A DNA stretch of 64,000 bases, from the NCBI RefSeq assembly GCF_009914755.1, contig NC_060925.1, one strand, 5' to 3'. The position numbers and the translations under genes were made by a program. This DNA is from the human T2T-CHM13v2.0 reference genome, Homo sapiens. Shown here one piece after another: positions 48,481 through 64,000 of the stretch; positions within the stretch are counted from its first letter, which is position 1, and each line of letters opens with the position of its first letter. Below the pieces are notes generated by a model, which did no database searches, was not told the origin of the DNA, and saw only the letters and a list, made by a program, of their open reading frames with translations.

Positions 48481-50399
48481 GAAGCACTTTTATACCGCCA
48501 GTTATCACACCACTAGCCTGTTGGCTTTCCCGTCCAAATTTTAAAATATGCAATTTTTTTCTTTGGAAATTCTGATCATTCGGTATATGCTGTTTTATAG
48601 CTCTTTTTCATGGAATATTATTTTGTGAGCATTTCCTCGTGTTTTCCAATAGCCTTCAAAGTCAGTGCCTTCGCTGCTCATTGTCGCACACCTAAGCAGC
48701 AAGTCATTATTGTACTTTGTGGTTGGATATCGTGTGTGTGCACGCGCGCTGCAAGCGCACTTTCAGGCACTTCTTAGTCCCTATCTCTGACTCTTTTCCG
48801 AGTCTTTTTCTAGAGATGTCCATCACAGTGTTTGCCCGTTCACGCCGCTAGTCTTTTGCAAGGGAAACCGCCCCATTGGAGCAGCTATGGGTGAGCTGTC
48901 CCTTTTTAGCCTTAGCCTCAGCTGATTGGACCAGGGAGGTCATCTGATCCCAGGGCAGCCAATCCATAGACTGGCCAAAAACCTCTTACTTGCGTCGTTT
49001 GGAAAGGTAATTTAACCAATCAAGAGTTCAAACAAGGAAATGCTGAGAGTCAACAGGTGGTGTTGCCAGAAGGTGACTGGGCTGTAGAAACGAAATAAGA
49101 CAGTCCTATGGTAAAGAAAAGCTAGAGCGGAAAGGAGGGGAACCAAGTCCTGTGAATAGAGGTAGCACCCTGAGAAACCCATGTCATCCCAAGGGTGCCC
49201 AAACCCATAGCTGCCCCCAGGTCTGTGCACTTAAGGCTGGGATGCTTAGACTTTCCTGGGTTTCTGTGTCTGTATAGCCTCTTAATGTTTCTTGAGATAA
49301 TTTGAATGATTTTACTTTCATCTACAATAACCCAACTGATTGGGCAGGTTCTTATGGGTAGAATTACATGGTCAAAAATAGGAACATATTTAAGTTGTTG
49401 ATATCTTAAATTTCCTTTGAAAAATATAAATTTATATCCCAACAATTCATGAGTAAACGTCATCTTGATCTATCGTCTGTGCTAACTTTGACAGAGAAGC
49501 TTAAAGTGCAACATTAGGAACACCCAGCTCCCACTGATTGTTCTGTCAACACTCAACTCCATCTCAAATGAGGCCAGCTCAGACACCAGGGATCCAGCCT
49601 GATCCCGTGGTGAACCCAAATTCTTGGCAGGTTCTGTTTCTTCAGCTCTGCCTCCAAGAACAGACTGCTGCCAGCTGACACTGATCACCTGATTTCATGC
49701 TCTTTTGCAGCTGGTTTTACACTAGGACCTTTGCCTTGTCTTGGAACGTGTTTCTCGTCCAATCAAGACCTCACTAAGCTTAACATTGTAATCAGTCCCA
49801 ACTTTAGTGTGTTTGCAATCCAAAATTGACAACAAAGAGTAACATCTAGAGGAAGTAATTCCTTTATTACCACCTCACTGTTGATCTCCGAGTATGCAAA
49901 TTCTATTTATGATGTTGACAGCTGCTGAGCTCTGCGTCAGAAACAAAATGTGTCCAACTCCCGATTGTCCACCCCTTTTTTCCTTGGACATGCCTTAGGG
50001 CAGTAAAGATTATACATAAACTAGACATAGGTGACTCACTTTCCCCTTAATTCCCTTACAACACCTTCCACCTTCACATAATATGCTCAAATAAATATAT
50101 AAGGAGTGCAATGTCCATGAAAATTATTTGCTTTATTCACCTTTGACTATGTCTTATCCCACCTTGCAACACAGGCATGACACTAAGTTATCACAAGTTT
50201 TGATTCTTTGCATTTGCCTTTTTTTTTTTTTTTTTGCTTTATTGTGCACACTTCACAGGTACGTATTTGACTTTTAACCAAATAATTTGCACAGGTGTGA
50301 TTTTAAAGTAACAACAACTTGTAAATAGTTGCATGGATAATGGCAAAAACTTTAGTACAGAGTTCAGAGTCTCATTTGATCATTGGATAACATTTGGCA

Positions 50400-51250
50400 A
50401 TGCAGTAAAACATATTACAACTCATGTGAAATGCAAATCAAAACCTCAATGAAATTCTATTTTATGCCTTCCACATTGGCAAAAATAAAAAACACATTAT
50501 CAAATATTGGATAGGATTTGGAACAACTGCCAACAGGAGTGTAAATCACTATAACCTCCTTGGAAAACAATTTGGCATTGTCTCTTAAAGCTAATATGCC
50601 TATGATCTGACAGTTCCTTTCCCAGGTGTATCCCCTGAAGAAAGTTTTGCACAAGTGTACCAGGAAAGAAGTAAAGTGATGTTCACAGCAGAACTATTTA
50701 TGTAGCAAAAAGATGGGACTAACCCAAATGTCCATCCATCCATACATAGATGAGTTGTGTAATAGTATAGTCATACCATGTTGTACAAGAGAAAGCTGGT
50801 GGCTCAAATGATAACACTGAGTTTGTTCCTGTGTTAGGACAATATATGAAGAGCTTAGTGAAGTTTGATTGGAACTGAAAAACATCAGTATGAAAGCATC
50901 AAGTGGATAAATCTCAGAAACATAATCTCTAGAGGAACAAGCAAATCACAGAGAAATACCTACAGTGTGATTCCATTGATATAAAGTCAAAGGCAGGGAA
51001 AACCAACAGTATCTTGTGTAGGAATATGGACATCTCTGATAAAACAATGAAGAACAAGTGAATAATTATCACAAAATTCAGCATAATGGTGACCACCTCT
51101 AGAGGAGGACAGAAGAGGGTAGCATTGGAGCCTTCTCTTACGTTGGATAGCACATTCATGTATGTTAATTTTACTACTCTTCTTTAGAGCTAACATATAT
51201 TTTATAAATATCATTTTTTATCTGTCTTATATTTAATAAAAACACATTTT
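50400..51250 (+). mobile_element. Ancient L1M (L1ME-like) 3' end
   Basis: Diverged L1 3' motifs ending near AATAAA at 51235-51240. Confidence 0.7.
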
Positions 51251-51485
51251 TAAAACCTGTATGCATTACTGCCATCTGTTAGCACATTTGATATTAACAT
51301 CCTCATTGTGGTATCACTATAATCTCAAGATTTTTCTACAGGTTCAGCTTGTTTGTGTTGTTTGTCTGGTTTGAATTCTAATGATCACTTTTTAGACTCA
51401 ACTTGTCACTGCTCAGCACAGTGGTCTTTTATTGTATTATCTGTCCAGAACCTGTGGCAGGTAGCGTGTAAAATGGTCCCCAATG

Positions 51486-51810
51486 GGTCAGAGGGGGTGG
51501 CTCACACCTGTAATCCCAGCACTTTGGGAGGCTGAGGCAGGAGGATAACTTGAGCCCAGGAGTTTCAGACCAGCCTTAGCAACCTGGTGAAACCCCATCT
51601 CGACAAAAATATAAAAATTGGCCAGGCGTTGTGGCATGTGCGTAGCCCCAGCTACTCCAGAGGCTGAGGTGGGAAGATCACTTGAGTCTGGGGGAGGTCA
51701 AGGCTGCAGTGAGCTGTGATTGCACCACTGCACTCCAGCCTGGGTGACAGAGCAAAACCCTGTCACAAGAAACAATAAATAAAATAAAATAAAATAAAAT
51801 AATAAAATAA
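51486..51810 (+). mobile_element. AluJ-like with a (TAAAA)n tail
   Basis: Alu consensus. Confidence 0.9.
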
Positions 51811-53124
51811 CCGTTAGCAAGATTAACCAAGAAGAGCGAAAATCCAAATAACCTCACTAAGAAACGAAACAGGAAATATTACAACTGACACCACAGAAAT
51901 ACAAAAGATCATTCAAGGCAACTATGAACATCTTTATGCACATAAACTAGAAAACCTAGAAGAAGTGGATAAATTCCTGGAAAAATACAACCCTCCTAGC
52001 TTAAATCAGGAAGAATTAGATACCCTGAAGAGACCAATAACAAGCAGCAAGATTGAAATGGTAATTTAAAAATTATCAACAAAATAAAGTCCAGGACCAG
52101 ACGGATTCACAGCAGAATTCTACCGGACATTCAAAGAATTGGTGCCAATCCTTTTGACACTATTCCACAAGACAGAGAAAGAAGGAACCCTCCCTAATTC
52201 ATTCTATGAAGGCAGCATCACCCTAATACCAAAACCAGGAAAGGACACAACTAAAAAAGAATACAGACCAATATCCTTGATGAACATAGATGCAAAATCC
52301 TTAACAAAATACTAGCTAACCGAATCCAACAACATATCAAAAAAATAATCCACCACAATCAAGTGGGTTTCATTCCAGGGATGCAGGGATGGTTTAACAC
52401 ATGTAAGTCAATAAATGTGATACACCACCTAAACAAGAATTAAAAACAAAAATCACATGATCATCTCAATAGATGCAGAAAAAGCATTCAACAAAATCCA
52501 GCATCCCTTTATGATTAAAACCCTCAGCAAAATCGGCATACAAGGGACATACTTTCATGTAATAAAGGCCATCAATGACAAACCCACAGCCAACATAATA
52601 CTGAATGGGGAAAAGTTGAAAGCATTCCCTCTGAGAACGGAAACGAGACAAGGCTGCCCACTCTCACCACTCCTCTTCAACATGGTACTGGAAGTCCGAG
52701 CCAGAGCAGTCAGACAAGAGAAAGAAATAAAGGGCATCCACATCGGTAAAGAGGAAGTCAGACTGTCCCTGTTTGCTAACAATATGATTGTTTATCTTGA
52801 AAACCCTAAGGACTCCTCCAGAAAGCTCCTAGAACTGATTATTCAGCAAAGTTTCTGGATACAAGATTCATGTACACAAATCAGTAGCTCTTCTATACAC
52901 CAACAGTGACCAAACAGAGAATCAAATCAAGAATTCAACCCCTTTTTACAATAGCTACAAAAAAAAAATAAAATACTTAGGAATATACCTAACAAAGGAG
53001 TTGACCTCTACAAGGAAAACTACAAAACACTGCTGAAAGAAATTATAGACAACACAAACAAATGGAAACACATTTCATGCTCATGGATGGGTAGAATCAA
53101 TATTGTGAAAATGATCATACTGCT

Positions 53125-53552
<428 letters not shown>

Positions 53553-54511
53553 TCAAGATAGATTAAGGACTTAAACCTAAGACCTGAAACTATAAAAACT
53601 CTAGAAGATAACATTGGAAAAACCCTTCTAGACGTTGGCTTAGGCAAGGATTTCATGACCAAGAACCCAAAAGCCAATGCAATAAAAACAAAGATAAATA
53701 GCTGGGATCTAATTAAACTAAAGAGCTTTTGCATGGCAAAAGGAACAGTCAGCAGAGTAAACTGACAACCCACAGAGTAGGAGAAAATCTTTACAATATA
53801 TACATCTGACAAAGGACTAATATCCAGAATCTACAACGAACTCAAACAAATCAGTAAGAAAAAAAAATCCCATCAAAAAGTAGGCTAAGGACATTAATAG
53901 ACAATTCTCAAAAGAAGATAGACAAATGGCCAACAAACATATGAAAAAATGCTCAACATCACCAATGATCAGGGAAATGCAAATCAAAACCGCAATGTGG
54001 TACTACCTTACTCCTGAAAGAATGGCCATAATCAAAAAATCAAAAAACAGTAGATGTTGGCGTGGATGCGGTGAACAAGGAACACTTCTACACTGCTGGT
54101 GGGAATGTAAACTAGTACAACCACAATGGAAAACAGCGTGGAGATTCCTTAAAGAACTAAAAGTAGAACTACCATTTGATCTAGGAGTCCCACTACTGGG
54201 TATCTACCCAGAGGAAATCATTATTTGAAAAAGATACTTGCACATGCATGTTTATAACAGCACAATTCACCACTGCAAAATCGTGGAACCAACCCAAATG
54301 CCCATCAATCAACAAGTGGATAAAGAAACTGTGAGATATATATATCTCTAGAGGAAGAAGCAAATCACAGAGAAATACCTACAGTGTGATTCTATTGATA
54401 TAAAGTCAAAGGCAGGGAAAACCAACAGTATCTTGTGTAGGAATACGGACATCTCTGATAAAACAATGAAGAATAAGTGAATAATTATTACAAAATTCAG
54501 CATAATGGTGA

Positions 54512-54632
54512 ATTTTTTATATATATAAATTTATATGTATACAATTTTTATATATAAATGTATATATATAAATTTATATATATAATTGTATATATATATA
54601 ATGGTGAATTTTTTATATATATTATATATATA
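54512..54632. repeat. (TA)n-rich low-complexity tract
   Basis: Read directly from the sequence. Confidence 0.9.
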
Positions 54633-54976
54633 TAGTGGAATATTACTGATCCATAAAAAGGAATCAAGTAACAATATTTGCAGTGACCTGGATGAGACTG
54701 GAGACTATTATTCTAAGTGGAATAACTCAGGAATGGAAAACCAAACATTGTATGTTCTCACTGATGTGTGGGAGCTAAGCTATGAGGATGCAAAGGCATA
54801 AGAATGATACAATGGACTTTGGGGACTTGTGGGGAAGAGTGGGAGGGGGTGAGGCATAAAGGACTACAAATAGGGTGCAGCATATACTACTCGTAAATCA
54901 CCACTAAATAACTTATGTAACCAAATACCACCTGTACCCCAATAACTTATGGAAAATAAAATAAAAAATTTAAATT

Positions 54977-55281
<305 letters not shown>

Positions 55282-55284
55282 GTG

Positions 55285-56205
55285 GTTCCCTATATCTCTG
55301 TCTCCTGGTATTCATGCCCCCGTGTACCTCCGTTCCCTTGTTTGTGAGCTGGACCTAGCAACTCACTTCAAACAAACAGAATATTGCAGAAGTGGTGTGA
55401 TGTCATCTCAGAGATTACATTACAAAAAGCCTGTGGCTTCTATCTTGGCTCCTTTCACTCTTTCACTCGCTCTGAGGAAAACCCGCTGCCATGTTGTGAG
55501 CTGCCCTGTGGAAACACCTGTGTGTCAAGGAACTTATGTTCTGGCTGTTATGGACTGAGTGTTTGTGTTCCCCCAAAATTTGTATGTTGAAGCCCTAACC
55601 ACTACTGTGATGGCATTTAGGAATGAGGCCTTTGGGAGGTGATTAGGTCTAGATAAGGTCATGGGGTGGGATCCCATGATGGGATAAGTGTCTTCGTAAG
55701 AAAAGGAAGAGAGACCAGAGCTTGCTCCCCACCCCCTGCTCTCTCTCTCTTTCTCTTTCTCTCTCTCTCTCTCTCTCTCTGGACACATGGAGAAGGCAGC
55801 ATCTGCAAGCCAGTAAGAAAGCCATCACCAGGAACCAAATCTGCTGGCACCTTGATGTTGGACTTCCCAGCCTCCAGAGCTGTGTGAAATCCATGACTAT
55901 TGTTGAAGCCACCCAGTCTATGGTATTTTGTTTTCACAGCCCAAGCTAATACACTGGCCAACAGCTGGTAAGAACCTGAGGCCTGCCAACAGGTACATGA
56001 GTGAGCTCTGAAGCAGATACTCCCTTGATTGAGCCTTAAAATGCCTATCTCCTGGCCCATGCTTTGATTACAGCCTTGTAAGAGATACCCAGCTAAACTA
56101 CACCTGGTCTCCTGACCCACAGAAACTCTTTGGTAGGAAATGTTTGCTGTTTTAAGCCACTGAGTTTTGGGGTAATTTATTAGTCACAATTGCTTATTAA
56201 TAGAG
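55285..56205. mobile_element. MaLR LTR (MLT1-like) with a nested MST-like LTR (about 55546-55952) containing (CT)n
   Basis: TGTTATGGACTGAGTGTTTGTGTTCCCCC...CTAATACA inner LTR; outer GTTTTAAGCCACTGAGTTTTGGGGTAATTT. Confidence 0.75.
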
Positions 56206-56480
56206 GATCTCTTTCTGGGACCAATTCCCTTGTTTGGGGGAACTATACCACTTTCACCACTTCTTCACCTTAAGGTGTGAATGGAGCTATCATCTTCTTA
56301 TATGATTCTTTCTTCTGAGCCATAGTGATTGGTCAATGAGCAGGCACCTGACCCAAGCTGGCCCAGGCATAATACCTGTTTCAGTTGTTGCAGGTTGCCC
56401 ATTCAATATATGTTTCCTCTTTTCTCCATCCTAATAGAACCATACACATGGGGACAGTCAGCCAGAGAGAATGAAGCTAA

Positions 56481-56877
<397 letters not shown>

Positions 56878-58217
56878 CAGGTTGGCCTTCTTACTTCGTC
56901 TTAACCCGTTCCAAAATCAAGATAACCCAGAACTAACTTGCTTTTCCCATCCAAAGAGCTAGCATTGTGCACATTGCAGGAAATACTTGGATCTCTCAGT
57001 AAAAAGAAATTTAAAGACCCAAACCCTGGGGCTTTGGGGCTATGTATTTATATCATTTCATGAATTTATATAATTTAATATAACTTATAGTGGAGGCTGG
57101 GTGACCCCACAGCGCATTAGGGACTTCAGTGTCTAAGAGGAATCTTTGTCTTTCAAACATTATATTAATGTTTTTTATTTCATCCAGTCTTCTTTAAACT
57201 CTTTCCTATCTTGCTCTAAACAAGAGCATCCTCATTTCTATTTAACTTTCTTGTTTGAGCTACTAATCTTTCCACTACTTTCCTACAGTCTGCTCAAATC
57301 AGATTCCATATATCATGTTATATATTTTCACACCCAACCATGTGTTCAGTTATAGCTGTCTAGATTTAGGAATATCAACATTCAAGTGTCACTCTATTAT
57401 TATTATTTTTTGAGCCATTGAGCCTGCATTTCTAAAGCTTCAGAATTTTTCTTTCCTACTTTACTCAATTTTACAAGTAATAGTCCATATCACATGGATT
57501 CATGACAGCTTGTAACAGTGTCAAAAAGGAAACTAAATCTTGGGTAAAATTTTTCTTTCATAGTTTTCTGTTGTATCCAAGCATTCATACAGGAATATCC
57601 ATGGTACATCTACGTTAGAACTCTATAACTAAAATTTCGGTAGATTTAAACAGAATCATCTCACACACGGTACATTGAATAACAATAGCATTATACAAAA
57701 CAGCATTGAATCACTTTACAAAATTTGTGCTTGCATGAGCTATCATCTATATTCTTGGAAGAATATTATAATATTTGCTGTTCCATATTATACATTTTTG
57801 TCTTTAAAAGGAAGTTCCTATCACTGGCCCTGTATCTTTAGTTTATGTTCTATTACTGGGTGGTTGGATCTCATCCAGAAACCTTTCTGGGGCCCCTCCC
57901 TTACATCTGCATGCTGTTGGTAACACACAAAGGCCCTCGGCAGTCTCAATTTATGGAATGTTAACTAACGGCACACTCAACCACATGCAAACTTAGTTAA
58001 ATACAACCAGCATTTGTCTAGCTCAAAGGGTACAGGTGTAAACAGTTTTTTACATTAAATTTGTAATTTGGAAAAAATCTCAGTAACCCTGACTACACAA
58101 TCCTATCCTTTCCTCATTTAATGTTTACACTCATGAATTCTACCCATGGTGTTATGTATGTATTTTTTACAACTTGTTTTTTTCCCCTTAGCAATATATA
58201 TAGGAAGTCTTCCCTTA

Positions 58218-58540
<323 letters not shown>

Positions 58541-59067
58541 AATTTACCTTATTGTGCTCTCTCGCTTTAGCCAGTCTTTTAACTGTGTTTATATTAAAAA
58601 TATGTTTTTATTGTTTCCCTACTGATAGATAACAATATTGTTTCCAAATCCTTACTGTAACAAGCAATACACATCCCTGTATATGCTTTCTTGTGGCATA
58701 CAAATATGCGTATTTCTCCAGCTTAGGTCTCCATAAGTGGGCTTTCTGGGTCAAAGGATATGCACATTTAAGGTTCAAATTCACTGCCAAATTGTCCTTC
58801 AGCTTTATCAACTTATATGCCTACTAACAACCCCTAAGAGTGTCTGTTTCCCTACGTCTTCATCAACACTGGATAACATCAGTCTTTAAAATGTTTACCA
58901 ACCTGAAGGGGAAAAAAACATTTGTAAGAATCAAGTCCTCAACTATTCCTGAGGTTGAACATCTCTCCAGATATTTATTGGCCATTAGTATCTGGATAGA
59001 TGTTCAACCTCAGGAGTCATAATAATAAAAATTCTGTGAGTTGCTTATTTGAAGTCTTTGTCCCCCT

Positions 59068-59352
59068 TCTTTTTTTTTTTTTTTTGTAGAGATAAGATTT
59101 CACTCTGTCGCCCAGGCCGGAGTGCAGTGGCACAATTGTAACCTTGAACTCCCGGACTCAAGCAATCCTCCCTACTCAGCTTCCAAAGTAGCTGAGATTA
59201 CAGGAGCACACCAGCTAATTTTTATATTTTTTTGTAGAGATGGGGTCTTGCTATATTGCCCAGGCTAGTCTCAAACCACTGGCCTCAAGTGATCCTCCCA
59301 CCTCAACCTCTCGAAGTGCTGTGATTACAGACGTGAGCCACTGTGCTTGGCT
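59068..59352 (-). mobile_element. AluJ-like
   Basis: Diverged Alu. Confidence 0.9.
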
Positions 59353-60525
59353 ATCAGTTGGATTCTCAGTGTTTAATTAATCAGTTTAGAGGCGTTCTTC
59401 ATAAAAATTCTGGATATTAAGCCTTTGGTTGTTTTTGCTTATCTTTTGATTTTATTTAAAGTGTCATTCACTATTCAAAATATTGGCACTCTCGGGACTG
59501 TTCCTTTGTGGAAGGAGTCTTCGAGAATAAAGCTCCTGGCCTCTTGCCCCACCTTCCCAGTCTTACCCTGGGGATGGGGAGTGACTCAACTGGTGGGTAA
59601 CTTTGGCAGAAGAAGAAGCCGAAACGCTCAGCTCAGCTGCATCCTCCCTCCCCTCTGTGAAAAAGCATGCACCCTGCTCTGCCTCCATGCCTGCCCGCAA
59701 GTTTTACAGGAGCCGGCCCTTGCGGTTGACCTCAGGAGTGAAATATTAGCAAACCTGCCTGCCTAGCAGACCTAAGCCATATTGTCCAGTATCAGTTTTG
59801 ATGGTAATAAAAGTAATATTTGTATTTCCATCTGCCACATTCCTGTGTCTATCTCTTAATAGGTTCTTGAATCAGTCAGAGTCCAAACAAAAAACAGATG
59901 GCACGCTCAAATTAGGATAATTCAGGAGATTTAATAACAGGACTATTTATGAAGGTGTGGGCAGAACCTAGAGGAGATACAGGGGATACTGCAGCAATCT
60001 AGGGCCTACAAGGGTGATGGGGGGCGCAGGAGTTACTGGAATCCAGGAGGAGAGAGTCATAGCTGCCCTCAGAGGAGCAGAAGCCCCTGGCTGTGGAACA
60101 CAGGTGGCCAAGGCAAGCCTACAAGGAGGAAGCCCGATAAATAAGTGACCTGACCTTACTCTCTTTCCTCCCTCTAATCTTCTGCTAGGCCTCCCTGCTT
60201 GATAAAGCAAACAGAGCCAAAGGGCAAGGGAAGCCATTGATGTAACCAACACAGGTCCATCTACTTGGGCAGAGAGAGAGGAGGAAAGAGATCTGGGGGC
60301 ATAAATAGAATATATCTGGCACAGTTCTCTTTCTTCCCTCAGTATACACTTTCATCTTTGATACGGGTGAAAAATTCATGTCCTCATCAAAGGGAATGCA
60401 CAAAGTCCCATTGGCTACTGTTTTATCAAGAGGCAATCTCAATCTGGCATAATTCCCCCTGAAACCTAGAGCATGACTGCCACTGGTGTTCTTCAAATAA
60501 GGAATTGGGTAAAAGTGAGGCGCGG

Positions 60526-61440
<915 letters not shown>

Positions 61441-62143
61441 GGCAGCAAACAGTAAGGTAACATAAAACCAGTTTTTATAGTCCCCATTTCCATAGCTGGG
61501 AATGGGGCCTAAACTGCTAATCACCTCTGCCTTCTTCCATCACTTGATCCAGGTTCCCTTTTTCCTCATCCAGCACCTCAGATGGATGGGTGTCTTTACC
61601 TAGTGAAATGACCCTAACATTCTTTCTTGTAGGATTTGAATCTTTGATGGTCTTGACGTTATTGGGTTGTCACAGTTTTCCACTGACCAGGACTTTAGAG
61701 CGAGAGAGGACTAAGAGGTGCCCTAAACATATACCAGCAACACAATTATCCCCTGAGAATCAGGACCAATTGCCCCAGTGAAGAAAGAAGTCTTCTTATT
61801 TGTCTGTTCACTGGAACAATGGTCATTTTTCCTGGTAGAAGAATTACCACTTTGAACACTAGGACCTTCAGATCCATGGAGCCTAAGATTGCAAGGATAC
61901 TCTTTAAGCCTTTAAGTGGATTATTAGGTATGATAGTGAGAGGGACCACTCCCACCACTATCCCTTTGTTCTTACACCTATGCAGCCTGGCTATGGGCAC
62001 CATATGTTGACTTCTGATTGAAAGCATACACTGTACCCTATGAGAGAGCACCCCCACATTGGAGGGTGTTGCCTTCCAGAGGGCACTGTAATGAGCCTTT
62101 AGTAATCTGTTTCACCATTCTCTCAAGCTACTTGCTTCCAAGT

Positions 62144-63778
62144 TGTTGCAGGATCCTTGGGGTGTTGCCTTTCTGGCTGGAAACCTCTGTGGCGAGTAGT
62201 GTCTTTGCCCAAGTTTTGCTTGGGCCCACTGGGCTCATTCCTCCCACTCAACCTGGCAGGCTGTACTCGGCTCATGCCACTGACCTGGATGCCATGCCTG
62301 CCAAGGGCAAGCCAGGTGTGGAGCAGTAAGGGGTATGTGAGTGAGCAAGCATGGGGTCTGGCCACTGCTTACAGGCAAGCGTGCTGGCTACTGCAGTGGG
62401 GTGGGCAGCTCCAGGTGTCAGCACAGGTGCTGGCTCTCTGCAAGGCTGCAGCTAGACCAGGTGTACTGCAAGCAGCTTCTATGGCTGGCACCAGGGAACA
62501 TGGTGGCACCCGGAAGCTTGGAGACTTCAGGAACTTCAGGGCCTCAAAGAGGGAGTCACAGCCCTGGCTCGGGGAGCTCCCAGGTCTGGGCTCCCCAAAG
62601 GGCCACAGCTCTTCTTTCTTCTTCTCCTGCAATGTGGTGAGCAAGGGGTGTGTTTCAGCCCTGTTTGTGTTACAGCTCTTTCAGCCCCACCATTCAGCAG
62701 GTCCCAAGTTCTTGTCCTGCGTCCAGGAAGAATGAGGTACATGGACAAGTGCAGGATGAGCAAGGCAAAGAGGAGCTGTGTGGAGTGACACAATAGCTCA
62801 GAGGAGGCCCTGGAGTGGGAAGCTCCTCTCTGCAGCTGGTCATTGGGACATCTGCTCAGCTCTGGCTGAGCCTGGGGCTTTAATGGGCCTCAGAAGGACA
62901 AAGTGTGTACTGATTGGTCCATGGGTGGCCATGGGTGGGCCCAGAAAAGGCACCACAAGTTCAGACTGGCAGTCCCACCCCTAGCTTTCAGGCCCTCCCT
63001 GGCCTGAAGGTCGGGCCTCACCACAGACCCGTTCCCTACTGTGCAGGATCCCTTCTGTGCGGGAGCTTGTCTGCCTCCTGCTGCTGTTGATGGTGCCCAG
63101 GCTGTTTGTGCCAAGGAACACCTGCAGGCCTGTGCCAAGATTCCCTCAACTTCCCCTTGGCTTCCCTCCTATGCTTATTAGTGCCCAAAGTCTGGAGGGG
63201 GCCAAGGTGGCAGGGGGCTGGCGTGTTGGCACTGCCCCAAGTGTTCTCACACCCAGCCAGGCTGTGACAGCACCCAGGCTTGGCCCCAACCTTGCTCTGA
63301 GATTGGAGCAGACAAGGGAGTGGGAAGAGGCCAGGCAGTGGGAGCAGACACCTCTGAGCCTGCAGGAGGAAGGGGGACTCTCCCAGGCCCCTGAGAGTGC
63401 CCAGTTGTCTGGGTCCACAGCTATAGCTTGGGCAGTTGCAGCTACACCCAGATAGGTGGGATTCCTGCCTGCTCCTGGACCCCCCAAGAGCACAGAGATG
63501 CCTGGGTCCACAGCCATGACTTGGGTGGTTGTAGCTGTACCTGAAAGGGTGGGGCTTCTGCCTGCTCTGTGGAGTGAAAGGCCCAAGTCCGCAGCCACGA
63601 CTTGGGCAGCTGCAGCTGCACCACCCAGGGAGCTCCTTCCCCACCAATGCAGAAGGGGCAGGGCTCCCACTTGTCCCCAGCTCCTGCTGGCTCTGTGGAG
63701 TGTGCAGCCGTGGCCGCACCTCCCTGCTACAGCTGGCATGTGGCAGCAGCCACTCCAGACGAGCTGCCACTGCCATCA
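62144..63778. mobile_element. MER52-like ERV1 solo LTR (about 1.63 kb) inserted into ERVL-like internal sequence
   Basis: TG...CA termini (TGTTGCAGGATCCTTGGGGTG...GCCATCA), 4-bp flanks AAGT/AATT, GC-rich body with internal repeats. Confidence 0.75.
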
Positions 63779-64000
63779 AATTGATAAGCCACATCATAAC
63801 ACCAGAGAATTTTATGGGCAGGAGCCCACTGCCATACTTCCTATGCTATAAAATGGGCCCCCTTATCAGAGATGATGTTGTATTTGATACTGTGGTGAAG
63901 AATAAGGCATTCCGTAAGTCTACAAGTGATGCTGGAAGAAGCACTTCAGGCAGAGAAGACAAATGTGTACCCAGAAGACATGTTTACGGCATGAAAGCAA

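Larger units (their letters stand above)
44734..48500 (+). other. SZT2: SZT2 long 3' UTR, antisense across HYI
   Basis: I found no AATAAA/ATTAAA on + between the stop (44733) and AATAAA at 48475-48480. The 3' end is approximate. Confidence 0.7.

Noticed and set aside
48180-51250. Possible divergent + strand lncRNA from the HYI CpG island ending at AATAAA 51235
   Set aside because: Plausible and possibly annotated (HYI-AS1), but the signal belongs to an L1M 3' end and no exon structure can be derived.
62157-63851. Overlapping long ORFs (up to 253 aa)
   Set aside because: They lie in a GC-rich MER52-like LTR and have no recognisable protein features.

Overview
Human/primate genomic DNA that I recognise as the SZT2-HYI locus (1p34.2). 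The + strand carries 68 coding exons of SZT2 (KICSTOR scaffold), 9296-44733. They splice into one open frame of 9801 nt (3266 aa + stop); the N-terminal exons lie upstream of the window. HYI (8 exons, 277 aa) lies on the - strand at 45491-48046, apparently nested inside the SZT2 3' UTR, with a CpG-island promoter. The mirtron MIR6735 ends at an SZT2 acceptor. A 42-bp minisatellite fills almost all of one SZT2 intron. The rest is Alu, L1, L2, MIR, MER and LTR sequence. The most unusual signals are: (i) a TSD-flanked, Alu-headed ~1.9-kb chimeric or transduced insert inside an L1; (ii) a series of short local templated copies, one of them a 49-bp copy of an SZT2 exon in an intron; (iii) hairpins placed on splice sites, including tandem perfect hairpins hiding a duplicated decoy acceptor and a hairpin over the acceptor of an exon that ends in a GC donor; (iv) unannotated miRNA/mirtron-like hairpins; (v) an open GUG-started N-terminal extension of HYI. 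Gene and repeat names come from recognition, not a database search, and repeat boundaries are approximate.
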